This document shows, piece after piece, positions 24,626-38,994 of a stretch of 64,000 nt of DNA. This DNA comes from Ginglymostoma cirratum (Eukaryota): the NCBI GenBank assembly GCA_024137785.1, contig JAHRHZ010000038.1:6693887-6757886 (forward strand). The letters run 5' to 3'. The notes beneath the pieces are model-generated. The model was not told the DNA's origin. It did not search any database and was given only the letters and a program-made list of their open reading frames with translations. A program made the translations under genes and the position numbers. Position 1 is the stretch's first letter; each line of letters opens with the position of its first letter.

Positions 24626-25733
24626 GTAAGCAAAAGCCCCAGGAATAGTTATTTTCTCCCTGTAGAGATCCACCTCTACTTGACACCTAATCCTCCTCAT
24701 TATTGAGGTTGAGGCTAAGGCTGAGACTCGAAACTAGCAGTTTGGAGAATCATAAAAATACATTTATCACCCACCACGTAGCCCATTAAACAGTTATCAG
24801 ATTTAAAAAGCAGAGCTTTTGTTAAATGCTTCATATGGTCTGCTGTTAGGTTGGTGATCTAGCGTGTATTGAGTGATGATGAAGTTTATGCACAGTTAGC
24901 ACTCAACATATTACAACAAAAGATTGAATTGCTTTACACAGTCTAGGGTTAATATATATTGGCAGAGGTTACTTTACATACAGAACAAGGTTCAAACATT
25001 TAACTTTCGAGGAATTTCATATTTTTGGAAGATGTGATCCTCGATTGAACTGCCCATATTAGACTCAATAGTAACTATAGAAATAATTATCGAAATAGTC
25101 TTTGTAACAATCTTTCCTCTTGTACTTTAGGCTTTTACATGCCTATCTAACGATCCATCACCCATATGGAAACATCTTAGAAGTGTTTCATCTCTATACC
25201 TTTTTTTTGTGTGAATCCATACTGGCTCTTTGCTGTTTTGTTCACATCGAGATGTCAAGATTGTTTTGCTGGGTTTATTATGTGTCTGCTGTCATACCGT
25301 TTGCTTTCCACTTCATTAAACCTGTAGTAGAGTCTGATAGAGTTGTTGCAGGTGGGGTAAGGAGCTGGGTACTCTGCAGGACATCAGCTCAATAGTTCAG
25401 TACAATGTGTGTATCCCACTTTCAAGTCAGCGTTTGTTTAATCTAAAAGGTTTAACTCTTCAGTGGGCAACTTCAGTGGCAGATATTTTTGCACTACATT
25501 TCAAAATATAGAATACAGATAATAGGGATGAGGATCTGCTTAAAAGAAATGCTAAACAATAAAAGGGTGTGTATGTGCGGATTTTATTGCTGTTGTTTGA
25601 TGTTATTTTAAAATTAATAGTAGACATGTAGTTTCCAATTAATATCTGCAGAGCAGATCTCAAAGCCATTTCTCAGGGAAGGTTCCAGTTATGACACTAT
25701 TACTGACACCAACTCAAGATCAACCTATATCTG

Positions 25734-26177
25734 AGATAACAAGGTGCAGAGCTGGATGAACACAGCAGGCCAAGCAGCATCAGAGGAGCAGGAAAGCTGA
25801 CGTTTTGGGCCTAGATCCTTCTTCAGAAATGGGGGAGGGGAAGGGGGTTCTGAAATAAATAGGGAGAGAGGGGGAGGCGGATAGAAGATGGATAGAGGAG
25901 AGGATAGGTGGAGAGGAGACAGACAGGTCAAAGAAGCGGGGATGGAGCCAGTAAAGGTGAGCGTAGATGGGGAGTTAGGGAGGATGGACAGGTCAAGGGG
26001 GCGGGATGAGGCTAGTAGGTAGGAGATGGGGGTGCGGCTTGGGGTGGGCGGAGGTGATAGCTGGGAGGAGGGGATAGGTGGGAGAAAGGACAGGTTAGGG
26101 AGGCGGGGACAAGCTGGGCTGGTTTTGGGATGCAGTTGGGGGAGGGGGGGAGGGGAGATTTTGAATCCTACTATCTG
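25734..26177 (-). mobile_element. Young Penelope pLTR (long form) with hammerhead motif
   Basis: Close match to 42032-42460. Core at 25799-25826 has GAAA changed to AAAA. TSD TCAACCTATATCTG at 25720-25733 and 26178-26191. Confidence 0.92.
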
Positions 26178-29100
26178 TCAACCTATATCTGGTCTTGTTT
26201 ACAGTGACATTGTTTTCAGCTTGTAATTCTGATCGTTTACCGGAGGGAATGGAAGTCAGATTTGTGGAGTTCATCCTCTTTTCTACCCACATAAATGGGA
26301 TATAACTGAAAGGTTCAGATGACGTATAAACCATAATAGCAAAGCTTGAGCAATTTATGCTTGTCATCCTAAACCCAAAGTCAGATTACAATCAATGTTA
26401 ATGCCCCTCCTCTCTATTAAATACATGTTAATAATAGTGATATATATTATCCTCCTTGTTTGGGGTGCTTTTTGTGCATATGCTAGTATCTATAGTTTGT
26501 TTGACCTCATACATGTTCCTAAAATGGTTTTACTGTCTTATGATATCGATATAAGGGTATTAACAAGAATTATTGTACAGTGGTTTACCAGGATTTAGCC
26601 TGCTCAATGTATCTTATAATGAAAGAACTGATAGCTTATAGGAACAGTTAACTCCGGGTTGCAACATTAAAGACACAGTTCTTGGTTCCTGTTGCATCTG
26701 ATCTATTATGGGATTAGTAGACCTAAGTGCTTCAAAGAAAAGCAATAGTCTCATTTGCATGTAGTTAACCAACGACTGTGACCCTCTGTGATGAGAGCTA
26801 ATTAGATTTTCTATCAACAGATAAAGTGGAACTTGTATGAATGCACTAGTTCTGCATAAATATCCTGCTATTGATGTTTAATACGCCAAAATCCATATAT
26901 TCAGGTTTATTAGTTTTACACCTTTTCTCAGTATAGACTGCTTTGAAACTGGGATGATGAATTTTATTCTCAAATAATTTCTGGTAATTCTTATGGCATC
27001 AGATTGAACTGTTGAAGAAGCTGTGCCTTCAATAGTCCTTCATTTAAAATGTGTATTGTTATAAAGAGAACACAAAATAATTATTGAACTTCAGTTGTTT
27101 TTGTCATCAACCTCATTACTATTATTTTTGATGATGAACAATGAACATTAATGATCACAAAGTAAATAGTTGAATGGAAATATGACTGGGCAGCAGGATC
27201 AGTGAATGACAAAAGTCAGAAACTATTGGTCTGTTAGTGTACATAACTGTTCCTTTATTCTAAGCAGGTCAGTATCCAGGAATTCCATACCCAGAACCAA
27301 TGTGAAGCACCATTACCACAAGGACTGAAATGGTTCATGCAGTAGATCTATGACCAGTTTCTCAGGGCAACTGAAGATGAGCAGCATATATATATTGCAC
27401 AATTGCAGCCACGTTCAAGAAAACAATTTCAGAAAAGACTAATTTACAACTAAATTTAAAAGAGAACCTATTAAGAAGTGGCAGATAACGTCAAGTTATC
27501 TTTCATGGGAGGCTGTCAGCATCCACTGTGTCTCCCCCACCACCACCCCTCCACACATTGCCTCTCCGCATCCTGCATATATATGAATACAGAAGTTTTC
27601 ACCTGGATTTTCTGACTTCTTTAGATATTTTGGTGCTCTGAATGCATCTCTATTGCTGTGGGTACTGCCTATGTACTTCACCCTGAAAATGTGCTCAGGA
27701 TCAATAACATAGGCTCCTTAGAGATGTTTTTTGGATCTTTAATTGAGATGTGCTTCTTATAGCTTTTCAGGATTATGCTTACCTCTTGGCTTTGGCGACT
27801 AATACACTGAGTTACTTTACAGCTACCACTGGAGTATCGACCAAAGTAGGTGTACTACTTTGGCATGAAAGAAGTAATTAAATTATGAATACTTAACTGT
27901 TTCCAGCAGTTGACATCACAATTAAGTGCAAGCTTTTAAAATGAATCTTATATATGGTTTGATTATCCACATCTATTTCTCTCTCTGCTGGCCATTATAT
28001 ACCTTTCAGACCTTCCTCTTTTCTGCCTGGGAAATCATCTTCAGTCACACAACCCTGCCCAAAGCCCCATGACTTTTGTAGACTGGATTACTCTTTATTC
28101 TCCATTCCTTCCATATCATGGAAGGTTGATCATTCAGTCAAATGCTTCACCTTTCTTCAAAGTTTTATCAAAACCATTTTGTCTTATTAACTATGTTGTT
28201 GCCTTCAAAAATCTCTTCCTTCTTGGCTGTGTTTTTGACTCCAGCTTTCTGACTATTTCTGTGCAGCATCTGCTCTAAGATGGTTTATTTTGCATTAGGA
28301 TTCCCTTATAAGTGTAAGTTGTTAGGTTGATTGTGGTGTCATAAGCATGGAACAACTACATTGTCATTTGCTTCCTTTTTTTTTCGTTCAATTGCCATAC
28401 TGTTTGGGGCTGTCATAATTTACTATTTCTCACCTCTAGAGAATAGAGTATAACTTCTGAGCTGTCTGCCTTTTCATTTGTGAGAATAAGTCATGTACCT
28501 TAAATAAAATTACGGTTGGGAAACTTCTCAGAGACCCCTCAGCTGTGAGTAATTCAGTGGAAATGAAACAGAGTGTACATTTTACATGCACAGCTAAGAT
28601 TTCTGCCACATTTTCACCAAAATAATATGGTTGGAGCAAGAACTCCTTGAGATTTTCCAGCTTCTGTAGTCTCTTATGTAGTGATTGAATACTTTTAAAA
28701 AATTAGTCTAACGTATATAATAAAGAAGTTAAAAGAAGGCTGTTAAAGTACCAAATTGTTATGAATGTCATATTAATTAGTTTGTCCATATTTTTCTTGC
28801 AGATATGATGTCATTGCATGTAGTGTTTATAGGCAACATACAGACTCTTAATTATAAGCATTGATTTTGTCATATTTTATTTATATAGGTTTCAGTCCTG
28901 CAGTTCTTTTAATATTACAGTGATATTGTGATGTTCTTACATATGAGCAGATTGTGATTTGAAAAATTGCTGATAATTCCAACACATTCTCACCCTCTGT
29001 TGTGCTCATTTTCAATCCTGAGGCTCAGTGATAGTCATAGAATAGCAGATCAGGCTTGAAATTAACACTGGTCTGCTAGGCCGAGACCAGCATGTTTGAC

Positions 29101-29697
29101 AATTGGTGAGTGTGATTGGCCCATTCAGTCAGAGTGTCTATTCCAACAGTAGTACAAGCTGAGAAATCATTTTATGCAAGCGTTTGCATAACAAACTACC
29201 TTCTGCAGTTCCTCCTGTTACAACCAGTGCACTTTCTGTTCTCAGTATGTTGGCGTACCAATGGTTATGGTTTTTGCCAACTGTTAATCCTGTTGTCAAC
29301 TGGCTCCATGACCTAAACTTTCACTGAGGGAGGGAAGCAAGTTACATCACCACAGCCTCTTATTTTTAAAAAGATCAGCTAAAATAGATCATCTGCTTTT
29401 TGTTTAACTTTATTTAAGTAGTGGGTGGTCAACAGGGGGATAAGTTTGGAAGAGTTCTTGAAGGGGTTCATCAGTGGTGGGGAGATGAATCAACGTTATT
29501 CAAAATAGTGATTCATTTAAGATGCTTCAGCAATCATGCCACATTCGCTCAGACTATTCACACTACCAAGCTCAGCAGGTCTCTCCATCAGCAACCTTTA
29601 ATGACATCCATAATGTTAAAATATTGGCATAAACTTTTTCTTCAATAGTAACACAAATATTTGGGCACAGATAACTTTTCCTATGAATATTCGATTA

Positions 29698-30025
29698 TCA
29701 TAGAATCCCTACAGTGTGGAAACAGGCCATTTGGCCCAACAAGTCCACACTGCCCCTCCGAAGAGCACCCCACCCAGACCCATTCCGCTACCCCTGCATT
29801 TCCCCATGTCTAACTCAAACAACACTGGACACTATGGGCAATTTAGCATGGCCAATCCACCTAGCCTGCACATCTTTTGGACTGTGGGAGGAAGCTGCAG
29901 CACCTGGAGGAAACCCATGCAGACACGGGAGAATGTGCAAACTCCACACAGGCAGTCGCCCGAGGGTGGAATTGAATCCGGGTCCCTGGCGCTGTGAGGC
30001 AACAGTGCTAACCACTCAGCCACCG
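29698..30025 (-). mobile_element. HE1 SINE, full length
   Basis: Colinear with 11095-11406. Head ACGGTGGCTGAGTGGTTAGCACT and B box GGATTCAATTCC. Confidence 0.92.
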
Positions 30026-31744
30026 TCGTTTATTATTTTAACAAATTGTGTAAAATTCATTTCTCTTTTCAGCTATTTACGATGATAACCAGGACTGGGA
30101 GTTCTAGCTGCTTCTATTACTGTAACCAAGTCTTCATTATTCCTGTGTGAAATGAGACAGAGATTGCTTAGATTAATAAATCATAAAGGACATCATATCC
30201 AAGCCTAATCAGACACCAACCAAAGACATGCTTTCTAATAATGAGCAATAATAATGAGCACTTTCAACTTTGGTTAATCTTATCCATTTTTAGATTAGGC
30301 ATGAACAAAATTTTAGCCTCCCTATCAATTTTACAGGTGAGATTAGCTAATTCAGAACAGGCTGAGAACAAAAGCTAAGGAGTTTAAGGGTACTTGGCAT
30401 TGTTCTATAATGAGTAATGTCGTTACAAGCTAATAGTTCACAGGAGACTTGGTTTCACTAAAATTGCAAACTTAAAATGAATTATCACATTTGAAATAAC
30501 CCATTCTAACAGAATAAATGCACAATGCGAGATCATAAAATTGCTCTGTAATATTGTACAGAATATGTTTTCGTCAAGCCTGACCAATTCAGTATTAATC
30601 TGTGCAGTTCATTTCTTACTGTTAAACTTATGAGAACTTGTTTCTAGGTTTGTTTGAAAATCCCAGGGAGACTTTTTTTCAGTTGTCAAAATCCCCTGGG
30701 TCAATAAAATGCTTTCCTTTTTTAAAAATATATTTACTTTTAATTTCTTTGCATCAGTCATGAGCTTGTCTGACTTTGCTGATGTTCAGTAAAGGAGTTG
30801 CAGTACATGTTGTGACTCATGACAATTCTTCCAATTTGCTCCGTTTGGTGAAAAGCTGAGAAGCAATTGATATTTCTTCCTTTAAGTTATTGAACCCCTG
30901 ACTTCTCTTACACTCTCGGAGGACCTTCTCTGATGCTGAGTGTAACAGCCATTGACTGCTGATGCTAAAAATGTGAAGTGGAAATTGATCAACCTTCTCA
31001 TATTTAACATGGTTACTGAATAATATTTTTACATCAGTTTCTTACAATTTTTTTTCCGGGCTTGGCTCATTGATTTGCTTACTGAAAATGGAGGAAGCAG
31101 TAACATGTTACACGCTCTCTCAGGATGAGATACATTCCATTAAATTGATCAATACACAAAACACAAAACCCTGAGTGTTGACAAAACTAAATAAATAAGG
31201 ATGGTCAAGAGAAAAGAAATTAGATTTATGCCAAAGAATTCTGACAAAACACATTTAACTCTTTCACCTTTACAGACTATGTTTACATGCTTTATAGGAA
31301 GAGGTGAAGATTGGAGCAAGGGGCATGGTGCAGTTATGAAGAGGGCTTAATACTGTCTTGTGCCTATATTATCCAGTTCTAAGGATAAATCTTTGGAGCG
31401 CAGTAACTGAATAAATGACTGTGAGGAATGCTGTTTGACTGAAACAATAATCTGTGTCAAATTTATATGTATTTATATGTCAGAATTGTTGCACTTTCAA
31501 ACTCTCACCTGTTTTAAACCTCCCTTTCTCGATCATCCAGTCACAGCTGAAACATATCCAGCACTGGTTTCTGTCTCTGCCCCACATAACTGACCTTTGG
31601 AATCTCACAAGGGACTCTTGGATCTCCCCTATTCCTCATCTACATTTGCAACGTCATCTGCAAAAGGGGGTCATCATTCATCATCAGCTATTGATACCTT
31701 GACACTGGCTCTCTCTAATCTTTAATTTCTCTTCTATCCAGTCC

Positions 31745-33290
31745 TGGAACATAGGAACACTCGTAGGCCATTCATGCTTTGCTCCATCATTCTAGATCAT
31801 GGCTGATTATTTACCTCACCACCATTTTCCCATGCTAACTCCATGTCCTTTGATATCATAACTAAGTAGAAATCCATCAGGAATTTAAGGAAGCATCACT
31901 CGACCTGAAACATTAACTCTGATTTCTCTCTACAGATGCTGCCAGACCTGCTGAGCTTTTCCAGCAATTTCTGTTTTGGTTATGTTAGCAATCATCAGCC
32001 TCTCTCTTGAACTTATTCAGAAGAGCTTCCACCCTCTGGTAGAGGGATTTTGAATTCACCATCTTCTGGATGAAGAGATTCCTCCTCATCTTAGTCTGAA
32101 ATCACTTGTGTTTTATTCAGAAAAGATAATCCGTGTCCTAGATTCCTTAGGCAGGGAATACATCCCTTCTGCTCCATCCTGTCTATTTCTTTAAGAATTT
32201 TGTAAGTTTCTGTTATCAAATCCCACCATTTGAGGAATCAGTCTGATGAACCTCCACTGCATTCCTCTATGGCAAGCCTATCTTTCCATTGGTAAAAGAA
32301 CTGGAACTGTACAAAGACTCAAGATGTACTCTTGCCAGTGTTCTGTACTTCTTTGCTCTTTTTTTCTTTGTTCCTGCACTCTCATACTCTTGGGATAAAG
32401 GCTAATGTATCATTTGCCTCCCAAACTGCTTGCTGCAACTGTCTGCTAGCTTCCAGTGATTTGTGAACAAAGTTCCTTTTGGATATCAGTACTTTCCAAA
32501 CTCTCACCATTTAAGAAATAGCCTGCATGTCCATTCTTCCTATTAAAGTGGATAACCTCACATTATGTTCCAGCTGTCAAGGTCTTGTCCACTCAACTAG
32601 ACTATCCAAATCTCCCAAAGCCCCCTTGTCTTCACAACTCTCATTTTAACCAAGTTTTGTATCATCCACAAACTTGTGAAATATTACAATTCATCTCCAA
32701 ATCAAATCATTGATATTTATCATAATCTTTTGAGCCCCAATCACTGGCCCTTGCAGTACTTCTTAAACATAGCCTGCCAACCTGAGCATTACCCATTTCT
32801 TCCTACTTCAATCTTCAATTCTTGCTAAGATATTACTCCAATCCAAATACTTTAGGCTTATTGACCAACTTCCTGTATGGCTTTTATTAACACCTTCTGA
32901 ACATCCAAATCTATCACATCCATTGGTTTTCCTTATTGACTCTGCTAGTAACATTATCAAAAATCTCCAACAGGTTTGAAAAACTTCCCTGTCAAATACC
33001 CACGTATCATTTTCAACACATCGAGTCATCACATTCTTATAATAGATTGTAGAATTTTCCCTACTGTTGCCATGGGGCTAACCTGCCTGTAGTTTCCCGT
33101 TTTCTCTCTCCCATCTTTCTTAAACAGTAGGGTTACATTTGTACACTTATAACCTGTAGGGAGCATTGCAGAATTAACTGAAATTTGAAAGATGATCACT
33201 AATGGATCCGTCATCTCTGTAGCCACCTTGTTTAGTACTTTAGGGTGAAGGCCATCGGGTCCTAATGATTTGTGAACTTTTAGTTGCGTC
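31745..33290 (-). mobile_element. Decayed CR1 LINE (RT to 3' end)
   Basis: ORF 33029..33226 PLVIIFQ...NVTLLFKKDGREKTGNYRQVS, KFVDDTK near 32660, and a CR1 tail GAACATAGGAAC at 31747. Confidence 0.9.
31880..31990 (+). mobile_element. Penelope pLTR fragment nested in CR1
   Basis: GACCTGAAACATTAACTCTG...CAGATGCTGCCAGACCTGCTGAG. Imperfect TSD AATC(C)ATCAG. Confidence 0.8.
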
Positions 33291-33319
33291 AGTTTGCATC
33301 TTAATCCAGTTCAACATCG

Positions 33320-33570
33320 GGGGACTAAAGCCATTCTTGGTGGCTCCAAACTATTCCCCTACCAGCCATGGCTCCATTATTTGAAGCTGTGCTTTCAACT
33401 ATCTTAGCCCTCAGTTCTGGAATTTATTTGAACTCCTTCACCTCCATCTCCTCTTTTATGACCCTCCATAAAATGCAGCTTTTGATGGTTAAGTTTTATG
33501 CTGCCATATTGTCAGGATTCAAAGTAATTTTTTGTTTGAAAATATTCTTGAAATTTTCTCAAGGGCTTCT
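33320..33570 (+). mobile_element. L2-clade LINE 3' end remnant
   Basis: TTCAACTATCTTAGCCCTCAGTTCTGGAAT (FSxxxPxLWN-like) and a degenerate tail. Confidence 0.45.
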
Positions 33571-34869
33571 ATTTGATTTTAGAGGATAATTTCTGTTTTC
33601 AGGGGATCTTTTCTCATTCTCATTAATGCATTCAGTGGGTGATGCAGTCACATAGTAACAATATCTTCTGTGCTTTTGTTGACATATGGGGTAGTTAGTT
33701 TTGCACAGAATCAGAATTAGACGAATTCATCAGTACCTTCAATAATTATCAAACCTCCAATAAACAAAGCCATAACACACAAGAAAAGCACTAATTTCCT
33801 AGACACCACAATATGTAGTTAACAATATATAAGTTATCCTTTCAAAATAACTGCTGCACACTTGTGTGCACAACGTATCTATAATCCTAAGCACACATTT
33901 TACAGACTGATGAGATCACAGCCAATGTATTTGCATTACATATACACAAAGCTGGAACATTTTAAACAGGCAGCCACTTCCTTCTTTGCTGCATCTCAAA
34001 TTTATATTAACAATGAACTTTGAAAATTTCAATAATATTCATTACCTCAGTGACTGCAAGTTTTCCATGCTCTTGGTCAGGTGAATATCTCTTTCTGTGC
34101 AGGTTTAAAACTGTTCCCTAACTTTTCCTTCCTTTGCAGCCTCCCTTTGCCCCATTACGTCACACAAGCTTCCTGTCTTCCTTCCATCTTTCAGTCTTTC
34201 TTTCTTCCATTCAGCTACAGATAGGAATGCAGTCAAATAATTGAGACTGTTGTGACAGCTAAGCGTGTAATGTGAAGGATATGGATTTGATTCCTCAAAG
34301 TTCCTCAGATCCCACATATTCCAATTTTGAGGTAGATTTGAAGTGAAGAGATTATCTGTGGTGGCAGATGTAATAATTCACAAATTTATGATACAGTGTA
34401 ATAATATCTAGATCTCATTGTAAGTACTTGTATTATAAATCCTATATAGATATCTGCTGCATGTAGAAATACTCATGTCATTTCTCAAATAAATTCAATG
34501 ATTTTATTTCTTCCTTTCTATAATACCCAATGCTTTAGTTTGACGAAAATACTGGCCAACACACAAGTGCTATACCTGGAAGTAAAAACATTCTGTATCA
34601 TAGTGTCCATTCTTGTTAGTTAATTGATTTAAACAGTAAATTTATGCTGAACACATGTATGTATGGTAATAGATGGCAGGCAGTAAGTTGAAAGGCAATA
34701 ATTCAAATTAGTGAGTCTGAGGCTGTTCAAAAACCACTTGCATTTGACTTTTGTAGTTTAGGAATGTCAGCGAAACCAAGAGATTAAACCAATCCATTAA
34801 TATATTGTACCTCGGATATTCTAGCCTGAAAGTCAGAGTTGAAAATTTAATGTGAATTTTTACTGTTTC

Positions 34870-35150
34870 TTTACTATTCATTCCAGCGATGTAGGTGTCA
34901 CTGACAAGGTGAGGTTTTTTGCTCAATACTGTTTGCCCTTGAGAATGGGTGCAAAGCTGCCTTCTTGAACTGCCTGTGGCCTGTGTAATATAGGTTCGTC
35001 GATAGTGTTGTTGGGAACAGTATACCAGGATTTTGACCCAGTGGCAGTGAAGGTACAGAGATATAGTTGCAAGTCAAGAGCGCTGAGTTCCCCACCTGTA
35101 CTTGTCTTCTAGGAGGTAAATATGTGGAAGGTGCTATTGAAGGCTAGAGG
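34870..35150 (-). mobile_element. CR1-type 3' end
   Basis: Reverse complement matches 8560-8710 (GGGTCAAAATCCTGG...GCAGTTCAAGAAGGCAGC...CTCAAGGGCAA). Confidence 0.8.
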
Positions 35151-36139
35151 TCGTGCAATTGTTGACAATCATATGGGCCACTACATAATTGAAAAAAAAT
35201 GATGAGATGGGATAAGACTGTGTAATGAGGCACATAACAAAAATATTTAGAAAAGGAATGTCAAACAAATTAAGGAAAAGAGAGTGGTATAGATATTTAC
35301 GGGCCTTTTAAAGGCTGCCTTTTTAAACGGGTGCAGGGGATGTTTGAAATGTAGGGAGAAACATCATGATCTTAGCTCTTTTGGCTTCCTTTTGAGAATT
35401 CATTCTGCAATTGGGACCCTGAACTTGGCATCATTTCTTGATCCTGGTCCGCATACTGTTGGCATCTGATGCCAAGAAAATGGACAGTTAGAGCATTCAT
35501 GGGCCAATTAAAAATGGCTGATGGGCTCCTGATGATACAGGCTATTAGCAGCAGCACCCCCCCCCCCCACCACACAACCCCACACACACAGCCAAGCACA
35601 TAAAAGTTGGCAGCTCCTCCATCAGAGCAGATTGTTGATGATTAAGGCAAAGAAAATGTACTTTGTATAACTTCAAGATGGTATGATAAGAAGTGACCAC
35701 AGCAATCAGACAGTCGTTGTGTGGTTACTTGTCATTTGGACAGTGGCCTGATAATTCCTTCAATTTGCTTAACTGGCTAACCTATGCTTGTTGGCAAATA
35801 GCTATCCCAGAGTAGCCTGTGCCATAGTGGCATGCTGATGAGAAGGTGCGGCAAATCAGAATAATGGCTAATGAAGAGACATTACTACCCTGCTTGCCTC
35901 AGGTCCTGCCTCGACAGCCAAATAAAAATTCAGCACTTGCTGTACCCACAGAGACAGGGGACAGCAATGGTCAATTTCCCTATTAAACATGAACCAATAA
36001 ATGTAAAGCCAGAAAAGTAACTTAAGCCACTTCTCAGAAGTTGCAATAAAATTGAGCCTTGACTGAAATTTGGGAGAGATTAGGCCATATGACCAATTGC
36101 TTTATCAAAGGAGTAGTTGTCAATGGTTGTGTTTGGTGG

Positions 36140-36345
36140 AGGTCAGTCATCTCACCTCCAGGATATCATTGCAGGAATTCCTGGGCCAAAATCTTGGAAC
36201 TCATTCCCAAGGGCATTGTGAGTGTACCGACACCAAATGAACTGGAGCAGTTCGAGAAGACAGTTTGCTACACCCTCTCAAGGGCAGTTAGTGATGTGCA
36301 GTAAATTGTGGTGCAGCCAGACTATCCCCTGAATGAATAAGGAAA
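36140..36345 (+). mobile_element. CR1-type 3' end
   Basis: GGGCCAAAATCTTGGAAC...GCAGTTCGAGAAGACAG...CTCAAGGGCAG...TGAATGAATAA, the same family as 8560-8710. Confidence 0.75.
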
Positions 36346-37666
36346 AGCCTATAGAAAAAATGATACTTGGAATGTATTGAGAAAAGAATTCCAGACTGGA
36401 AAAGAAAGAAACAGGCAGGATTAGCTTGATGGGCAAGGAAGATGGAAGAAAACAGTGGTGTCACTGGTATGGATGGCGTCCACTTGGTGGTGATTAAATC
36501 TATTTTCTCTCCCCATTTGTTGGACGTGACAATGGAGTGGACAGGGATTTAATGAGGCAGTTAGTAGTAAAGAAAATGCATTAGCATTATCTTACTGTCA
36601 GCAATGTTATGGAAGATATGCTGGTATAATTACTAACATACCTTTTAGTCTTGTTGAAAATACGCATCTTGATGTGTTGACAAACTAAATTGCACAGCTA
36701 CATTTTTCCACATCTCTAAAAGGAACATTGCACATTGTACCTTTCTGCTTCACATTATGGTTTCACATTATCCAGCGAATATAATTCCTTTTTGTCCATG
36801 CAGTTAGAAAAGAAACCCAGAGATTTTGCTATCAAATACATATGTCAATCCTTCTGAAGTATATTCTTCATAATTGGATACAGTTTGTGTTAAACAGCCC
36901 ATTTAATTACAAAGAACCGACATTACCTTTTCTTTTAAAAGCCTATAAAAGTGTTAGAGACTAATATTAAGGACAATATCAATGGGTCCATGTTATTTTT
37001 GGAATTGTCTCATCCACCAACAAGATGGCCTGACAAAATAATTGTATTTTACTTGCCTTTTGAGAAATGTATCATTATTTTTCTTGTTTGATGATATGGA
37101 TGTTCGGATAACATTGAGAAAACAGAGTCTGGAATTTAGATGTTTTTGAGCAGAGTTTGGCTGCAGACTCCAACGTCTGTTACACACATGGCCGTCTCAA
37201 CACGGCAGGTGGCTCAGTACAAATGTTTCCTAGACTGGGCACTACTAACTTGGCTTCTGTCTCCGAGGATCTAACATAGATTTAACCCTCTAGGGTCCTC
37301 TCCTTCCCTTAGTTCATTCATTAATGCAGCAGCAACAACACTAGGCATTTTAGCAACATCTGGCTAGTCTAACACCAGCACTCATGTGGTAGTGTAGGTC
37401 TAAAAACACATGACAAAAGGCAAAGCTAACACTTCTCTGAGCTTTTCTTTGTGAAAAACAAAACTTAAATTCAATTATAAATATAGATGATCAGTAGGCT
37501 ATCCAATTAGGCATTATTTCCTTTTTAACGTTACTTTCCAGTGTTTTAAATCTATACTTTTTCACACAAATTTAATTATATTAGTGTTAAACACAATTAA
37601 ACGCAAACTTCATTTTGAAAGGGAGTTGTAGAAATGTTACGTTCTTGATGTTTCCCCCTCCTTTAG

Positions 37667-37735
37667 TTTGGCTAACAATTGCATTTACAGAGCTTCTCTT
37701 GGCGGTCCCATTTAAGGGATTCTGGACTGTATTAG
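37667..37735 (+). CDS. Candidate 69-nt coding exon (phase 1-1), xWLTIAFTELLLAVPFKGFWTVL; gene unidentified
   Basis: TTTCCCCCTCCTTTAG acceptor, TAG|GTAAGA donor, length divisible by 3, and only one open frame. An alternative in-frame acceptor at 37690 gives 45 nt. Confidence 0.35.
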
Positions 37736-38885
37736 GTAAGATTTTTTGAATGGCTGTTTGATTTTTAAATGCATTATGATCAAGCTTTAATTCAGTTCAT
37801 AGTTTTTACAAGTCCTCAATAAAAGGTGCTTCTAATTTGGTACAAAATAGGTACTAAATGTAGAATTGCAGTCTCAAAGCTGGATGGGGTAAACAACAAT
37901 GCCAACTGATGCAGTTGAAAATGCTTTTATGAAATTGAAGGATGCTGATATGCATCAAATATGTGATATTTGTAATTCAGCAATGGGCGATGGTTCCATT
38001 GAATGGAAAAAGTGGAAAAATGTTTCATTTTTCCATATTGATGTTTTACTTTAGCAAGCAAAAGCAAAAATTTTAAAGCACTCATTACACACCAGGAAGG
38101 ATTTTGATGCAGTAAATCGGAATAAACAATGTTTTCTGGTTGTCCTGTTGGTTAGAGATCATAAATTTAAAATTCAGACCAAATTAATAAGGTGAGAGTT
38201 TAGTAAAAATTCTTAACATATAGGGTTGTTGGAATGCAGAATGCTTTGAAATTTCAAATGGTTGAGGCAAAGACCACCACATACTTTGAGGGAAATTTAT
38301 TTCAATAGGCAGTGAAAAAATGTTATGGAAGAAGCAGATAAATTGAATTATTTTGCTGTTGGAAAGAGCCATCAGGGCCATAAGGGACTGAGTGACATCC
38401 ATTTCTGCTGTAAACGTTAGTAATTGGAGAATTGTTAGTAAGAATTTGACTGTAGTGACAGTCAGCACGGGACAATAAGAACTGAATAGTGATACTGAAA
38501 GCAATATTAGGAACATTTCAAAGTGCTGACCTTAGCTATATGTTTGTTCCAGTGTTTAGCAGCCAAACTGGAGATTATATGCTCCTTAGAGAAATCCTGC
38601 AAGATGAATTAACTTATAAATAAATTAACCTTCCCACATATTTGTTTTTAGCAATACTAGTGGTGTAAATAATTTTACTTAAAATTCATGCATTCAACTT
38701 TGCTAGTACTCAAGAACTTCTATTTATGGTGCTGAAGTAACACTTAATGTGGTGAATTTCTCCCTAGATTGGAGTCTAGTCAACAGCTAGTAATCATTGC
38801 CAGGGGCCCAGTCCATTTTAAGGAGCAAGCCCCTTAAGTAAAAGGCTGGCAGGATGTGGTTGGAAACAGAGTTCCTGAGACTTCC

Positions 38886-38994
38886 CAGACTTCGACATTT
38901 TCTGATGAAGGGTCTAGGCCCAAAACGTCAAGCTTTCCTGCTCCTATGATGGTGCTTGGCCTGCTGTGTTCATCCAGCTCCACACCTTGTTATC
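38886..38994 (+). mobile_element. Short Penelope pLTR insertion with hammerhead motif
   Basis: CTGATGA AGGGTCTAGGCCC AAAA CGTC at 38902-38929. TSD TCCTGAGACTTCC at 38873-38885 and 38995-39007. Confidence 0.9.

Noticed and set aside
25830-26160. G-rich tract as a promoter, CpG island or unique G-quadruplex locus
   Set aside because: It is the interior of a repeated pLTR, also present at 42130-42455.
27776-27870. Minus-strand exon at GCTTACCTC with a nearby 9-bp hairpin
   Set aside because: There is no convincing acceptor, all frames have stops, and a 9-bp stem is expected by chance.
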